A DNA stretch of 64,000 nt from Dictyostelium discoideum (lineage: Eukaryota), in NCBI GenBank assembly GCA_000004695.1, contig CM000153.2, positions 5,120,001 through 5,184,000 on the forward strand, in the 5' to 3' direction. Below, piece after piece: positions 1 to 12,944 of the stretch (its first letter is position 1; each line of letters begins with the position of its first letter). A program made the position numbers and the translations under genes. The notes under the pieces were generated by a model. It was given only the letters and a program-made list of their open reading frames with translations. It did no database searches and was not told where the DNA came from.

Positions 1-2501
1 AAAGAGAATTACACCAAAGAGAGTTAAAAATGATGATAAAGATAAAAAAGTTAACAAGAAACAAAAAACTTCAAATCAATTAGCACCAATTATCACTGAA
101 GAAGGTAATGGTATAGCAGATTCTGATGAAGATGATGATAATAATGATAACAATGACGAAAAAAAAGTTTCAGCTGAAGAAGAAAAAGATAGAAACCTTT
201 TTGCATCTGCTTATAATAGTTTAAAGGGTAAAAAGAAAGCTAAATTAGTTTCAAAAATTGATAAACTTACACCATCTCAATTAAAAGAATATATGAATGA
301 ACCAACAACTCAATTAAATAAAAAAGAAGAAGCTGATGCTAAAAAGTTATTACCTTTCTTAAAAAAGAATATTCCAAAATCTGCATGTAGATTACTTAAA
401 AAAGTAAGTATTATATGTAATTATATAATTATATTAATTTAATAATATTAATTTTTTTTTTTTTTTTTTTTTAAGGATTTACATACTGGTATGGTAGTAT
501 TAGCAACATTTGAACAAGTTACAGAAATGGATATTACAATTAGTTTACCATTTGGATTGAAAGGATATGTTAAATTTAATGAAATTTCAGATTCATTTAC
601 AGAATGGATGAAAGAAACTTTAAAGAGAGAAGATGAAAATGAGAAATCAACAAACTTTAGAAAGATGAAGATTATATCTGACCAAGTTAGAAAAATGTTT
701 TACAAAGGTCAAATGTTAAAATGTGCAATCGTAGGTTTAACCGATCATCATACTATTGAAGGTCTTCATTGCACACTTAGACCAGAGTTGGTTAATGTTG
801 GTTCATCAATTGATACATTCTCAGAGGATATGACAATTCATGGTTGTATTGAGTCAATTCAAGATAAAGGTTATATCGTTTCATTTGGTTCAAAAGATTA
901 CAATGGTTTCTTGGAATTTTCAAACACTTGTTACTATTACCCCGATCAATCTTCTGATGACCAAAATCAACTTTACATTGGTCAACCAATTGAATCTTTA
1001 ATTCAATCAATTGATAAATCAACTAAAACTTTTAAATTAACAATTTCTCATCCATTAGTTTCACGTTCAACTGTAAAGTATTTAAATTTAAATTTAATTA
1101 CAATTATTTTATTAATTTATTAATTTATTTTATTTTATTTTATTTTTTTTAAAAAAAAAAAAGATTAAAAACTCTGAAACTATTACAATGGAATCAATTA
1201 AAGCAGGTATGTTAGTTGAAACCAAAGTTTTAAGAGTTTTAAGTAATGGTTTACATTTAGGATTTTTAGATTTCTTTGCAGGTGATATTTTCATTTTACA
1301 TTCACAAAATCCAATTGAAACCTATAAAGAGAATCAAGGTGTTAAAGCAAGAATATTATTTGTTGATCAAGTTCACAAGAGAATTGGTTTATCAACATTG
1401 GGTCATGTTTTAGGTTTTAAACCATATCCATTTGGTACAACCAAACCAGGTCAATATGTTGAAAGTGGTAAATTAACAATTGAAAGAATTGAACCATTAG
1501 AAATGATTGTCACAACTGAATCAACAGTGGTACAATCTAATCCAATGAAGGCACCATTACTATTAAGAGGTTATATTCATATTGAAGAGTTGGAGAGTGG
1601 TGTAAACGATTTAACCAAAGCATCAAATCAATTTAAAAAGACAGAACCACTCGAAAAGAGATGTAGAGTTAAACATTTAGATCATTTAGATGGTATGGTA
1701 ACTTATACAGCTCGTACTAGAGAATTGGAGAAGAAATTCTACTCTTACAATGATTTATCTTGTGGTATGGTCGTTCAAGGTGTAATTAGATATGTTCGTG
1801 CCGATTCATTAGAGGTTGAATTGGCCACCTCAATTCATGGTGTAGTCGCTAGACATCATATGGCCGATACTAATATCACCGATCCTTTGGAATTCTTTAA
1901 AGTTGGTGCAACTGTAAAAGTACGTATTATAAATGTTGAGCCAGATAAGAAACGTCTTCAATTAACTCTCAAGAAATCCTTAATCTACTCAGAGTATCCA
2001 ATCATTACCGATAAAAACACTACCCCAATTGGTACTATCTCTCATGGTATCATCACTAAAACCACTAGATTCCTCGTTTTCGTCTCTTTTTACAATAATA
2101 GTTTTGGTGTTGTTGAAGCTCAAAATCTTTCAAATAGTAAAATTGAATCCGTTCAAAAACAATTCCCTGTTGGTCGTACAGTTTTAGCTAAAACTTTATT
2201 CTCTGAAAGTAGTAAATCTCAACCTGGTTTACCTTTGACTTTAGTAATTGATGATGATGATTTTAATTCACAACCACAACCAAATTCAAATAAAAAATCA
2301 AATAATAGTAATAATAAGAAAGAAAATAAAAAAGTGGAAAATAAAAAAGTAGAAGAGGAAAAAGTTGAAGAAGAAGGAAAAGAAGAAGAAGAAAAAGAAA
2401 ATAAAGAAGAAAAAAAACAAGAACAACAAAAAGAAGAAAAAAAACAAAGTACAAAAAATAAGAAAATAGAAACAAAATCAAAAAAAGTAATTAAAAAATA
2501 A
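1..2501 (+). CDS. S1 RNA-binding domain protein, RRP5/PDCD11-like N-terminal architecture (5' partial; exons 1-403, 476-1072, 1164-2501)
   Basis: The frame is open from the window edge. Two AT-rich introns (donor GTAAGT at 404, acceptor AG at 474-475; donor GTAAAG at 1073, acceptor AG at 1162-1163) are both phase 0 and join the 491..1123 and 1188..2501 ORFs into one frame. S1-like motifs recur (GMVVLATFEQV, GMLVETKVLRV, GMVVQGVIRYV...HGVVARHHMAD). A K/E-rich low-complexity tail precedes the TAA at 2499-2501. Confidence 0.6.
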
Positions 2502-2850
2502 TTAAATAAATAAAAATATATTAAAAAAAAAAAAAAAAGAATACAAAAAAAAATAAAAAAATAAAATTAAAAATTAAAAAAAAAAAAAAAAAATAGTACC
2601 CTAAAGGATAACGTATAATGGTTTTAAGTTTTTATAAATTCCAAAATCAAAAACAGATAAATTATTAATAATTTGATTTGGGAATTTTTTATTTATTTTT
2701 TTTTTATTTATTTTTCTCTTTTTATAGCGATGATGATGGTGATGATGATGGTGGAGGTGTTTTTTTTTTTATGTTATTTTTTTTTTTGACTTTAATTACA
2801 ATAATTGAATTGATAAACACCCTTTGGTGTTTGTATTTGTATTTGTGTTA

Positions 2851-2886
<36 letters not shown>

Positions 2887-3986
2887 AAAAAAAAAAAAAC
2901 ATAAAAAAGGAAAATAAGAGAGAAAATATACTATCAATTACAAATAATCACACTTAATCTCAACAATTAATTAAGATGTATAATTTAGATGTAAAAAAAA
3001 AAAAAAAAAAAAAATTTTTTCTTTTTTATATTTGTGCAGTGTGATTTGTAAATGTGGTTTTGTTTTTTTATCCAATAAAAAAATAGGTTTTGTTATACTA
3101 TATTCAAAAACTATTTATCAAACCATTTATAACGCCATTGATTAGAAAAAAAAAAAAAAAAAAAAAAAAAAAGAGTTAACTATAATAATCATTGGAAAAA
3201 AAAAAAAAAAAAAAAAAAAAAAATGAATTCATAAAAAAAAAAAAAAAACAAAAAAGAAAAAGAAAAAAAAGAATACTTTATTGGTATTGATTGTATTAGA
3301 TAAATTAAACTTTGAAATTGTTGATTTTGATTGATTGAACAGGGAGGGGGTTAACAAAATGGTTTCAATGAATTATAATTTAATACTTTTGTTTTTTTTA
3401 TTTTTTATTTTTTTAATTTTTTACATGTTAGATTTTTTTTTTTTTTTAATAAATAATACACATATGGCACATAGTGGTAGGATAAAAAAAAAAAAAAAAA
3501 TAAAAATCTTTTTTTTTTAATGTTACCCCAAATAGCAGTTACACTAAATCATACAAAAAGTAAGTTTATTAATTTTTTTTTTTTTTAAAAAAAACATTGT
3601 GGTAAATAACATATTTGTCATATAAAATTTTAAAAAATAATACAAAAAATAATAATTGGTGATTAAAAGATAATTTTTTTATTAAATTATATAAAAAATT
3701 AAAATTTTGCTACATTTTTTTAATGTTTTTTTTTTTTTAGTATAAATTAAATTCAAAATTTTTTTTTTTTTTTTTATTCAGTTATTAAAAATAAACAAAT
3801 TTTATATAATTTAATTAAATTTTATCTAAATACCAAAAAGTAAATATTATTTCTTTTATTATATTTTTAAAATTAATTTACTTATTTCTAATAATTTTTA
3901 TATTAATAAATTATTATTATTATAATTATTATTTTTTTTTTTTTTTTTTAAAATTAATTTTAGCTTTAAAGAAAAAATAAAATAAA

Positions 3987-4142
3987 ATGGGTAACGCTCC
4001 AAGCAGAACTGAACCAACTTGCGATAATTCAATTAATTTTATTATTCCAAAAGAAAACAAAAGTTATCAATGTTATCCAGAACAAGTAGAATCTAACCCA
4101 ATTGATTCTATAAATAGTGTATATTTTTATAAAACAACATAA
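3987..4142 (+). CDS. Possible small ORF (51 aa) starting MGNAPSRTEPTC, an N-myristoylation-like N-terminus
   Basis: ATG at 3987, TAA at 4140-4142. It is below the size cut-off of the ORF track. The MGxxxS consensus and non-homopolymeric codon usage stand out in an otherwise homopolymer-rich intergenic stretch. It may also be a first exon (GTATAT follows at 4127). Confidence 0.25.
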   Translation: MGNAPSRTEPTCDNSINFIIPKENKSYQCYPEQVESNPIDSINSVYFYKTT

Positions 4143-4285
4143 CCAAATAATTATTATTTTTTTTTAAAAAACTTTAATATTCCAATCAAATAAAATTTAT
4201 TTATTATTTATATATCACCAAAATTTACTTTTTTTAATTCTCCAAAAGAGAAAAATTATTGTTTTTTTAAAAAATTTCTTTAAAG

Positions 4286-4319
<34 letters not shown>

Positions 4320-5246
4320 TTACCCCACATTCTCTACCTTTTTTTTTTTTTTTTTTTTTTTATCAGTTTTGCTTTATAAACTATTTTCTATGAACTATAT
4401 TCTAACAATATTAAATACCAAATAAAAATCATTTTTTTAAAAAATTTTTGGGTTATTAAAACTTTATTTTGGCAAAGATTTTTATTTTTTATTTTTTATT
4501 TTTTTAAATTTGGGCTTGAAAATAATCTTACTAAAGAATATGTGCAAGATATATTTTTTGTTTTTTTTGTCTTCATACCTACATTAATTAAACACTATAA
4601 AAAAAAAAAATTAACATAAAAAAAATAATCGTACCCCACAAAATACAAAAAAGAAAATCAAACACTAAATGTGGGTATGAATGTTTTTTTTTTGTAGTTA
4701 ATAGATGAACAAAATTTTTTTTTAATTAAATTAAATGTAAAATAAAATTGACAAATTACAATTTGTTTTGAAAAAATATGATTTTAGTTGAATCCCATCA
4801 ATACCAAAAGAGATTCAAATGATATAATAAAGAATAAAATAATAAGTAATACAAAAATAATTTTAGTTTTTATTTTGTCTTTATTTTTTTTTTTTTTTTG
4901 TCCTAATTAATAAAATTAATATCCAAAAAATAAGAATATCTATTGTGTTATTTTAAATTTTATTTTTTTTATTTTTTTTTTTATTTTTTGTTTTTTTTTT
5001 TTATTTTTTTATTTTTTTGTTTTTTTTGTTTTTTTTTTTTTAATTTATTTTTATTTTCGTCAGGTGGTTAAATTACATTTAACAATATGTTTTAAAAATT
5101 TTTTTTTTTTTTCTTTTAATTATTATTTTTATCTGTTTTCTTATTTATTAATCAGTTTGTATTTTTATATGTAAAATTATAATTCTTTTTTTTTTTAAAA
5201 ATAAAAAAATAAATAAAAAAAATAAAAAAAAGAAAAAAGAAAAAAA

Positions 5247-6362
5247 ATGAAAAAAGATATTATTTTAGTACTTTTAATAGTATTACATTTATTCTTTTTT
5301 GTTTCAATATTCGCAATTTCACCAAATTCAGAGATAAAACCACAAACAATAGACACCCAATCTTCAACTTTAACAACTTCCTCTACAACAACAACAACAA
5401 CCTCTTCACCAACAACAACCCCATTGGACATAAAACAACAACAATTAAAACAAAATATTATAGATAGTAATAATAATAATAAGATTAAAGAAGAAGAAAA
5501 AGAAAAATCAAAGAATGTTTATGTTACATTTGCAGATAATGCAGAATATTTAAAAGGTATAGTAGCATTAAGAATGTCAATGATAAATACAAAGTGCAAT
5601 TATGGATTGATTGTATTTGTCACTAAACAAGTTGAACAACAAGATAGGGAACCATTACAATTGTTAGATTGTGATGTTAGAGAGATTGAAATGGTTGATA
5701 TACCAAAAGAAGTGAGTGTCCAAATCGACAGATGGAGACCTGCTTTCACAAAGTTCAGAGCATGGCAATTGGTGGAGTATGAGCGTGTCATTTGGCTAGA
5801 TTCCGATATGTTGTTGTTGAAATCGTTGGATCACTTATTCGATTTGGTTGATATCGGCAACCCGAAATTACTATATGCTGCAATTGACGCAGATGCGAAT
5901 AGTTGTGTGTTCAATAGCGACCGTTTGAAATTAATAAATTCAGGTATAATGCTATTGTCACCATCGATTGATGTTTATAATCTGTTGATTGATGGAATGG
6001 TGGTAGTTAGTAAACTACCAAACCAGAGCACTGTAAACGACCAAGATGTGATCAATACCACTTTGCCACACTGGAGATCCTTGTCATATCCAGAGTATGG
6101 CGTTCAAATAACACATTGTGAATGCACGAGTGAGCCAAGACTTTGGAATTTTACAAATACTTATTTCTTACATTTCACTGCCGGTCTAAAAGAATTACCA
6201 AAACCATGGTCACTACTAAAGAAATCTCAAAATGAAGCTAAAGATATCTTTAAACAAATGCCAACTTGTATTGAACAAATTTATTTAAATTGGATTAATA
6301 CATATAAAGAAGCTTTAGATTTTATTGAAAATAAATTAAATTTAGTTAATTTAGTAAAATAA
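5247..6362 (+). CDS. Glycosyltransferase family 8 (glycogenin-like) type II membrane protein
   Basis: N-terminal hydrophobic signal anchor, Thr/Ser-rich stalk, then a GT-A catalytic core with YVTFADNAEY...WLDSDMLLL (DxD motif) typical of GT8 enzymes. Intronless, 371 aa. Confidence 0.75.
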   Translation: MKKDIILVLLIVLHLFFFVSIFAISPNSEIKPQTIDTQSSTLTTSSTTTTTTSSPTTTPLDIKQQQLKQNIIDSNNNNKIKEEEKEKSKNVYVTFADNAEYLKGIVALRMSMINTKCNYGLIVFVTKQVEQQDREPLQLLDCDVREIEMVDIPKEVSVQIDRWRPAFTKFRAWQLVEYERVIWLDSDMLLLKSLDHLFDLVDIGNPKLLYAAIDADANSCVFNSDRLKLINSGIMLLSPSIDVYNLLIDGMVVVSKLPNQSTVNDQDVINTTLPHWRSLSYPEYGVQITHCECTSEPRLWNFTNTYFLHFTAGLKELPKPWSLLKKSQNEAKDIFKQMPTCIEQIYLNWINTYKEALDFIENKLNLVNLVK

Positions 6363-6977
6363 AGAAATTTAAAATGAAAATAAAAATAAAAATAAAAATA
6401 ATATTTTAAACTAAAAATGTAAATATAAAAATAATAATTTTAAATTATTTTCTATTTTTTTTTTTTTAAAAATCTTTAAGCTTAAATCAAAAAAAAAAAA
6501 AAAAAAAATCAAAAAAAAAAAACTAAAAAATGTAAATTAATTCTATTTTTAGAATAATAAAATAATAATAAATAAATATAAAATAATAATAATTTTATAT
6601 TATTTTTTATTTTTTTTTTGGTTCAAATCACTTATTTTCGTTGATTGATTTTTTTTTTTTTCTATTTTTCAGTTTTATTTTTAAAAATCTGATTAATTTT
6701 TTTTTTTTTTTTTTTTAAATTTTTTTTAATTTTTTTTTTTTTTTTTTTTCTTAAAATCAAAACCAAAAACTTAAAATTAATATGGCAACTTAAAATAATT
6801 ATTTTTTTTATTTTTTTTTATTTTTTTATATTTTTTTACTCACTTTTTCTATTGCAATAATTTTTTTATTTTTTATTTTCCACCACATACATACACACAC
6901 ACTTCTTTTTTTTATTTTTATTTATTATTATTTATATATATATATAATATATATATAAATAATAATTAAAATTAAAT

Positions 6978-9900
6978 ATGGATAAAACTATAGAAATTGA
7001 AAAATTAATTAAAATATTAATTGAAAAACAAAAAGAAGAAGAGATTGATGTATCTGAATTATCAGAATCAATTAAAAAAGTTTCTAAATTTATTTTACAA
7101 AATAATTATCAAGATATTGAGAATCAAAAAGATGAAATTACCAATCAAGAAATTAGTAGATGGGTAACATCAGTTTGTACATTAAAACAAAGTATTGAAA
7201 TGATTGCTAAAAAAGTTGGAATAATGGGAGACTATTTACCAACCATTAGATTTGGTGTATCATGGATTGAAAAAGGTAGACCAATTCTAATTAGATTATT
7301 ATCAATTGAAAGTACACCAATGAAAACCATTAAAGAATTCATTCGTATGGCTAAAATATCAAGATTGGAATTGAATTCTAAAATACCCGATGATACTGAA
7401 GATGTTGAAAAATTACTCACATCTGATAGAGATCACTTTATCAATATTGAATCAATCATTCATAGAGTCATCAACTATGGTAAAAAAAATATGATTGAAC
7501 AAATTGATACATTACATTCAATGGGTGCAAGTTTGGAAGTTGTTCAATTCCAAGGATTTAATAAAAAAACACCATTGGATTGTTCGGTTGATATCGAGAA
7601 TTTAGAATTATTTAAATATTTAATAAACAAAGGTGCAGGTGAAAAAGCATTACATAATAATGTGAATTCATTCTATAAGAAACAACCTCAAGAGATTAAA
7701 GCAACTCTTAGACCATTCATAAAGAAACTTTTCTTAATCAATGCAAAAATTGCATGGAGATTAGCATTTGATGAAATTTTTACAACTAAACCAATGGCAA
7801 CTTCTGGTGGTAATAGATTATGTAAAACTGCAACAATGAATGATAGATATATTACACCAACAATTTATGAAATGATTTTTAATAATGATGGTACCCCAAG
7901 GAATAACAACGAGACCAATAGTACTGCCATTGGTGGTAGAGCCAGAGCCAGGCCAATAATGGAATCAAATGGTAATTTTTTAATTGCAAAATTTCAACCA
8001 CAATTCCCTGCAATGGAATTAATTACAATTAAACTCACTCAAAATTTATTTGGTGAAGCTGCACCATTTTCAGAGTTAATTAAAATTGATAACTATCCAA
8101 TTATTATCACTCAAAAAGTTGAGGGTGATATATTATCTGATTTAATTTCATCAACCAATCCAATGGATCATAATAAACTTTTAAACCTTGACACTTCATC
8201 AATGTCAAAATTGTTTGTATCGGAAATGATAATTAATTCTGCCAAAGGTTCATTCAATGATTTCATAGTATCACCAATTTTAAATCAAGATATCACTGAT
8301 GAAACACCTCAAAAATATAAATTGGTTAGAATTGAAAATGAACTATCATTTGTTCCATCATCACCAACACTATTGACTACATCAGCTTTACTATTTCTTG
8401 GTGGTAAAAATTCAGCATCAGTCAATTCATGTTTGTACCTTTTAAATGAAATGAATGATCAAGTTCATCAAGATGTAATTGACCGTTTCATTGGATTAGA
8501 TGTCACAACATTCCTAACCGATTGGTTATTTAGTGTATTAAATACTCATAATACATCATTAGATTTATTCGATCATAATCATGATTCAATTCAACATTTT
8601 AATATTGAAAATGATAAATCTTATGTTGGTGTATCATTACCATATGGCCAAATTCAATCACTTTATTCAAAATTGAATAGAATTAAAAATGTTCTCTCAA
8701 AGAAAAGATATTCTGGTAATTTAACTCATTGGCAATTATTAGAAATTATTGAACCATCAATTGCAAATATTTATAGACCATTTTTACCAAATTATCAACC
8801 ACCACCACCATCACAACTACCATCACAAACATTTAAAATGATTAAAGAGAAATTTATAGAATTTCAAAATAAATGTCATACTGAAACATTAACTTCTTCA
8901 TTCATTTATGAATCAAGAGGTATTGTAGTTAAAACTCAAAAACAACTCGAAATTGAAAGAAAAGAGTTATTAGTACTTGAAAAGAAAATTGAAGAAATAA
9001 AGAATTTAAAAAAAGAAAGAGATCCAATAACTGAAAGAAATTTTAAAAAATTAAATGAAAGAAAGAAAATTCTTGAAGATTCATTAACTGATGAAATTCA
9101 AGAGTTTGCTTCAATTAAAGAGGAAGTGAATCAACATGAACAATTACTTGAAAAGATTGAAAATGAATCACCAATTGAAACTATTTTAAGTGGTTTAAAG
9201 AAACAAGCAACATCACCATCACCATTATCAACCACAACTGGTGTTCAATGGGAAACTTTAATTGATAAAATCGATTTTTCAAAAGCAAATATCAATTCAT
9301 CATCATCATCAGATAATCATCAAATGATTTTAGATATTATTGGTTCAATTAAAGATTTACGTTTTTATCGTATTAAAAATAGTAATAAATTAACAATTGA
9401 CAGTTTTAGATCAAGTACATTACAATCAATAAATTCAATTAAGAAATTGTATATTACAAATTGTCAAACTTTATTAAACTTTCAAAATTCATCATTATTT
9501 GGTGGAAAATCATCATTGGTAATGACAGCATTAACTCATTTCAAAGTTGATCAATGTAAGAAATTAACAACCATTAAATTGGATGCACCAAATTTAGTAT
9601 CATTCTCTTCAACCAATTGTTCAGAATTGAGTGAATGGGATTTAAAAGCACCAAAATTAAGAAAATTAAAAATTCAAGCAAATAAAATCTCTACTCAAAC
9701 AATGTCAACTTTTGAAAAGAATTTCCCATTATTGAGTTATTTAGATATTAGTAGAATTGTTGCACCATCTTCAAAGAATGTTTTAACAATACTAGAACTA
9801 TCTCATTGGAAGAATTTAGAAACTTTAATTGCTGATGGAGTTGTTTCAATTGAAAAGATTTCAATCACAAATCAACTAAAAAAATTATCAACATTAAACT

Positions 9901-11388
9901 TTAAAGGTTGTTCATCATTGAAAGAGATTCAATCAAACAGTATTACAAATAAATCATCATCACCATCACCAGTTTGTCCAATCTTACAAAGATTAGATTT
10001 AACTGATACTTTAATACCAATCGAAAGACATTCACAATTACTTCATTCATTGAATAATATGAAAAAGGTTGTAATTTGTGGTTTAAATGATATTCTTTCA
10101 TTTAGTTCATCTATTAATTTATTTGATGAAATTGTAAATGGTGTTGTAGTTAAATGTGCAACTAGAAATAAGGTTGAAGAGGTTATCCATATGGATCAAT
10201 TATTCCAATATAATTATTCAATTGAACCAACAATTCCTCCAAGATTATTTCAACAAACAAACTCATTGGTATTGTTAATGGATTCAAGTAATATTCATGA
10301 TTCTGCTAGATTATTTGAAAAGTATTGTCATCATTTGAAAATCGGTGGTAATTCACAAAAAATTAATAAACCAAATAAAATTTGTTTAGTCTATCTTGCA
10401 AATGGTAATGGTGGTATAACAACTCAAATCGATAGAGATACAAATAAATCTTGTAAATTATTCATTAAAGATTTCATTAAAAGTGATGTTTGTGCAAATC
10501 TTGAAGTTCATTACATTAGAATCAAAGGTGTCAATAAGAAATATAAACGTGCTGCAATTAGAGAAACCATTACACTATTATTAAACACTGATTCTTTCTC
10601 TAGTGTTGTTGATAATAATAATAATGGAATTAATCATAAAGCTGCTCAAAAAGAAATTAATCAATCTTATCAAATCAAAATTCAAAAAGAGTTGGAATCA
10701 TTTTATGATAATTTAATTAGTAAAGATTTAACTGTAGTTGAAATTTTAAATCAATTAGAACATTCAAACTATGTTGAATTTGCCAACTCACTTAAGAATC
10801 ATGTTGCAACCATTCAATTATTCAATAGTTTAATGAGTGATTCATTATCATGTTTCTTTAGAAATTTAAAGAAATTTTATTTAATTGCAAAGATTGAACA
10901 TAATCCAATCAATGATTTTGATGATTCAACCACTAGCGATAACTATAGTTCCTATGGTAGTGTTTCATATAAAACTGGTATTAAAGGTACAATCAATTAC
11001 TCAACTGAAAATAATGATAATACTGAAATCTTAACTTGGTTAGATGATTATTTCTCAAAGGATGTTGATACTCTCTTTAGATGTAGTACCAAAGATGAAC
11101 CAATCAATTTAAATTTCAACTCTACAAAATTACTTTGTCGTTGTATTGAATCTGGTTGTATTCCTGCTTTCTATTGGTATCTCTCAAGAAATTCAAAACT
11201 TTTAGAACAACGTTTCAATGAAGATGAATCAAACTTTTATTTTGATTCAAGTCCAATTACAAGTTTAGTACAATATGATTCAATTGATACTATTAAATGG
11301 TTAAATTTTAATAATTATTTAAATAATAAAAATAATAATAATAATAATAATAATAATTTAAATAGTAATAATAATAATAATAATAATG

Positions 11389-11468
<80 letters not shown>

Positions 11469-11999
11469 TTTAAATCAAAAATATTAAATGCTGGATTACT
11501 TAAAGCATGTCAACTAGGTAAAATTGAAATCTTCAAACTTTTATTAACAGATGAATATGGTGCAAATTATTTACATCGTGATGATGATTCACTCTTATCA
11601 CCAATTCATATGGCTGCTCAAGGTGGTCATGTTGGAATCATGAGATTATTATTTGGACGTCATAGTAAAGATAATGCAAACTCATCAGAATTAATGAATT
11701 CAAAAGATCTACAAGGAAATTCTCCATTACATTATGCAGTTCAAAATTGTAGAACCTCTGTTGTTGAATATCTTTTAAATGAAAAAGGTGATGACATCAA
11801 TAAACAAAATATTTCTGGCGAAACTCCAATCTTCCAATTACTCACTGAAATTGAAAAAGATCCAACAAATAATAGTTTAGACGCACTCTTTCATGAATTA
11901 AAAGATTTCTATAATGCTAAACTTGAAATCACTGTTTATAAAAATCCTTTTGATATTCTAAAAAAATATGCTTCCATTAAAGAAGAAATTCAACATTAA
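6978..11999 (+). CDS. Large intronless protein (1673 aa) with a central cysteine-containing LRR-like region, a 47-residue poly-Asn tract and C-terminal ankyrin repeats
   Basis: Single uninterrupted ORF. Ankyrin consensus appears near the C-terminus (SPIHMAAQGGHVGIMRLLFG, GNSPLHYAVQNCRTSVVEYLL, GETPIFQ). LRR-like periodicity spans roughly aa 800-1000 (LxxLxLxxCxxL). An (AAT)n run at about 11330-11470 encodes poly-N. Confidence 0.65.
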
Positions 12000-12152
12000 A
12001 CAAAATGAAAATAAAAATAAAATTAAATTTCGCAAAATGTTAAAACCAAACCTCATTTTTTGAAAAAAAAAAAAAAATTTTTCGTTTTTTTGATTTTTTT
12101 GATTTTTTTATTTTTTTTATTTATTTTTTCTAGCACCAACCAAACCCCAAAA

Positions 12153-12443
12153 ATGAACAGAGGAATAAGAACTATAACGAGACATTTCAACAAATTAAAT
12201 AATTTAAATTTTAGTTCGAAATATACACCAACTTTTAAAACGACGCCTATAAATTCACTACCAACATTCACAAAACCAAATGATTCCAATAATAATGTCA
12301 ATAAATCGTCCAACGATGGTGTCAATAATAATATAATTACAAGTACCATAATGCGAACAATTGGATTTGATCAATTTTTATTATGTGTTATAAATGATGG
12401 TAATTTTCTTTTAATTATTTTTAAATTTTTGACCTTAAAATAA
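12153..12443 (+). CDS. Possible small protein with a mitochondrial-presequence-like N-terminus (MNRGIRTITRHFNKL...)
   Basis: It is the internal ATG of ORF 12060..12443. The upstream part of that ORF is homopolymer-derived (KKKKKFF). A possible GTAATT donor lies at 12401. The call is weak. Confidence 0.2.
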   Translation: MNRGIRTITRHFNKLNNLNFSSKYTPTFKTTPINSLPTFTKPNDSNNNVNKSSNDGVNNNIITSTIMRTIGFDQFLLCVINDGNFLLIIFKFLTLK

Positions 12444-12548
12444 ATATAGATATTAACCTTTTATATCTTTTTTTTTTTTTTTTTTTTATTTCTCTTTTTT
12501 TAGATGATGATGGTACGTGATAAAATAAATTATTTTAAAAATATTAAA

Positions 12549-12655
12549 AAAAAGAACAAACATTAATTTATCAAAATTTTTAAAAGGGTCGTGATAGAAA
12601 AAAAAAGAACAAACATTAATTTATCAAAATTTTTAAAAGGGTTGTGATAGAAAAA
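12549..12655. repeat. Two tandem copies of a ~53-bp unit (aaaaaaagaacaaacattaatttatcaaaatttttaaaagggt[c/t]gtgatagaaa)
   Basis: The two copies read directly from the sequence differ at one position (c to t). Confidence 0.8.
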
Positions 12656-12944
12656 AAAAAAAAAAAGAAATAGTTTGTAATAAATATTTACACATGAACC
12701 AAAAGAAAAAAAAAAAAAGAATTGTTTTTATTAAAAAATATAGTTTGTTTATTATTTATAAAATTAGTTAGATTATATAAAAAAAAGTTTTTTTTTTTTT
12801 TTTTTTTTTTCTTTTTCCTGGTTTTTTTTTTTTGGACAATATTACTATATCTATATATAATCATATTTTGGTTTTTTTTTTTTTTTTTTTTATTTTCCCA
12901 ATAAGAAAAAAAAAAAAAAAAATAATAATAATAATTTAAATTAT

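Noticed and set aside
2263-2481. Minus-strand ORF 2263..2481 (poly-F/L) and ORF 792..1022- within the S1 gene.
   Set aside because: They are antisense to lysine/glutamate-rich coding sequence and have low complexity.
11330-11470. Long regular trinucleotide arrays such as (AAT)47 here, 17640-17760, 18335-18420, 38420-38530 and 60790-60950, considered as possible CRISPR-like or satellite arrays.
   Set aside because: They are in-frame codon repeats encoding poly-Asn or poly-Gln inside genes, typical of this genome. They have no spacers and no repeat-spacer periodicity.
12060-12904. ORFs 12053..12349-, the 5' part of 12060..12443+ and 12722..12904+ (poly-F/K).
   Set aside because: They are translations of homopolymer A/T tracts. 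Only the internal Met at 12153 is kept, as a low-confidence feature.
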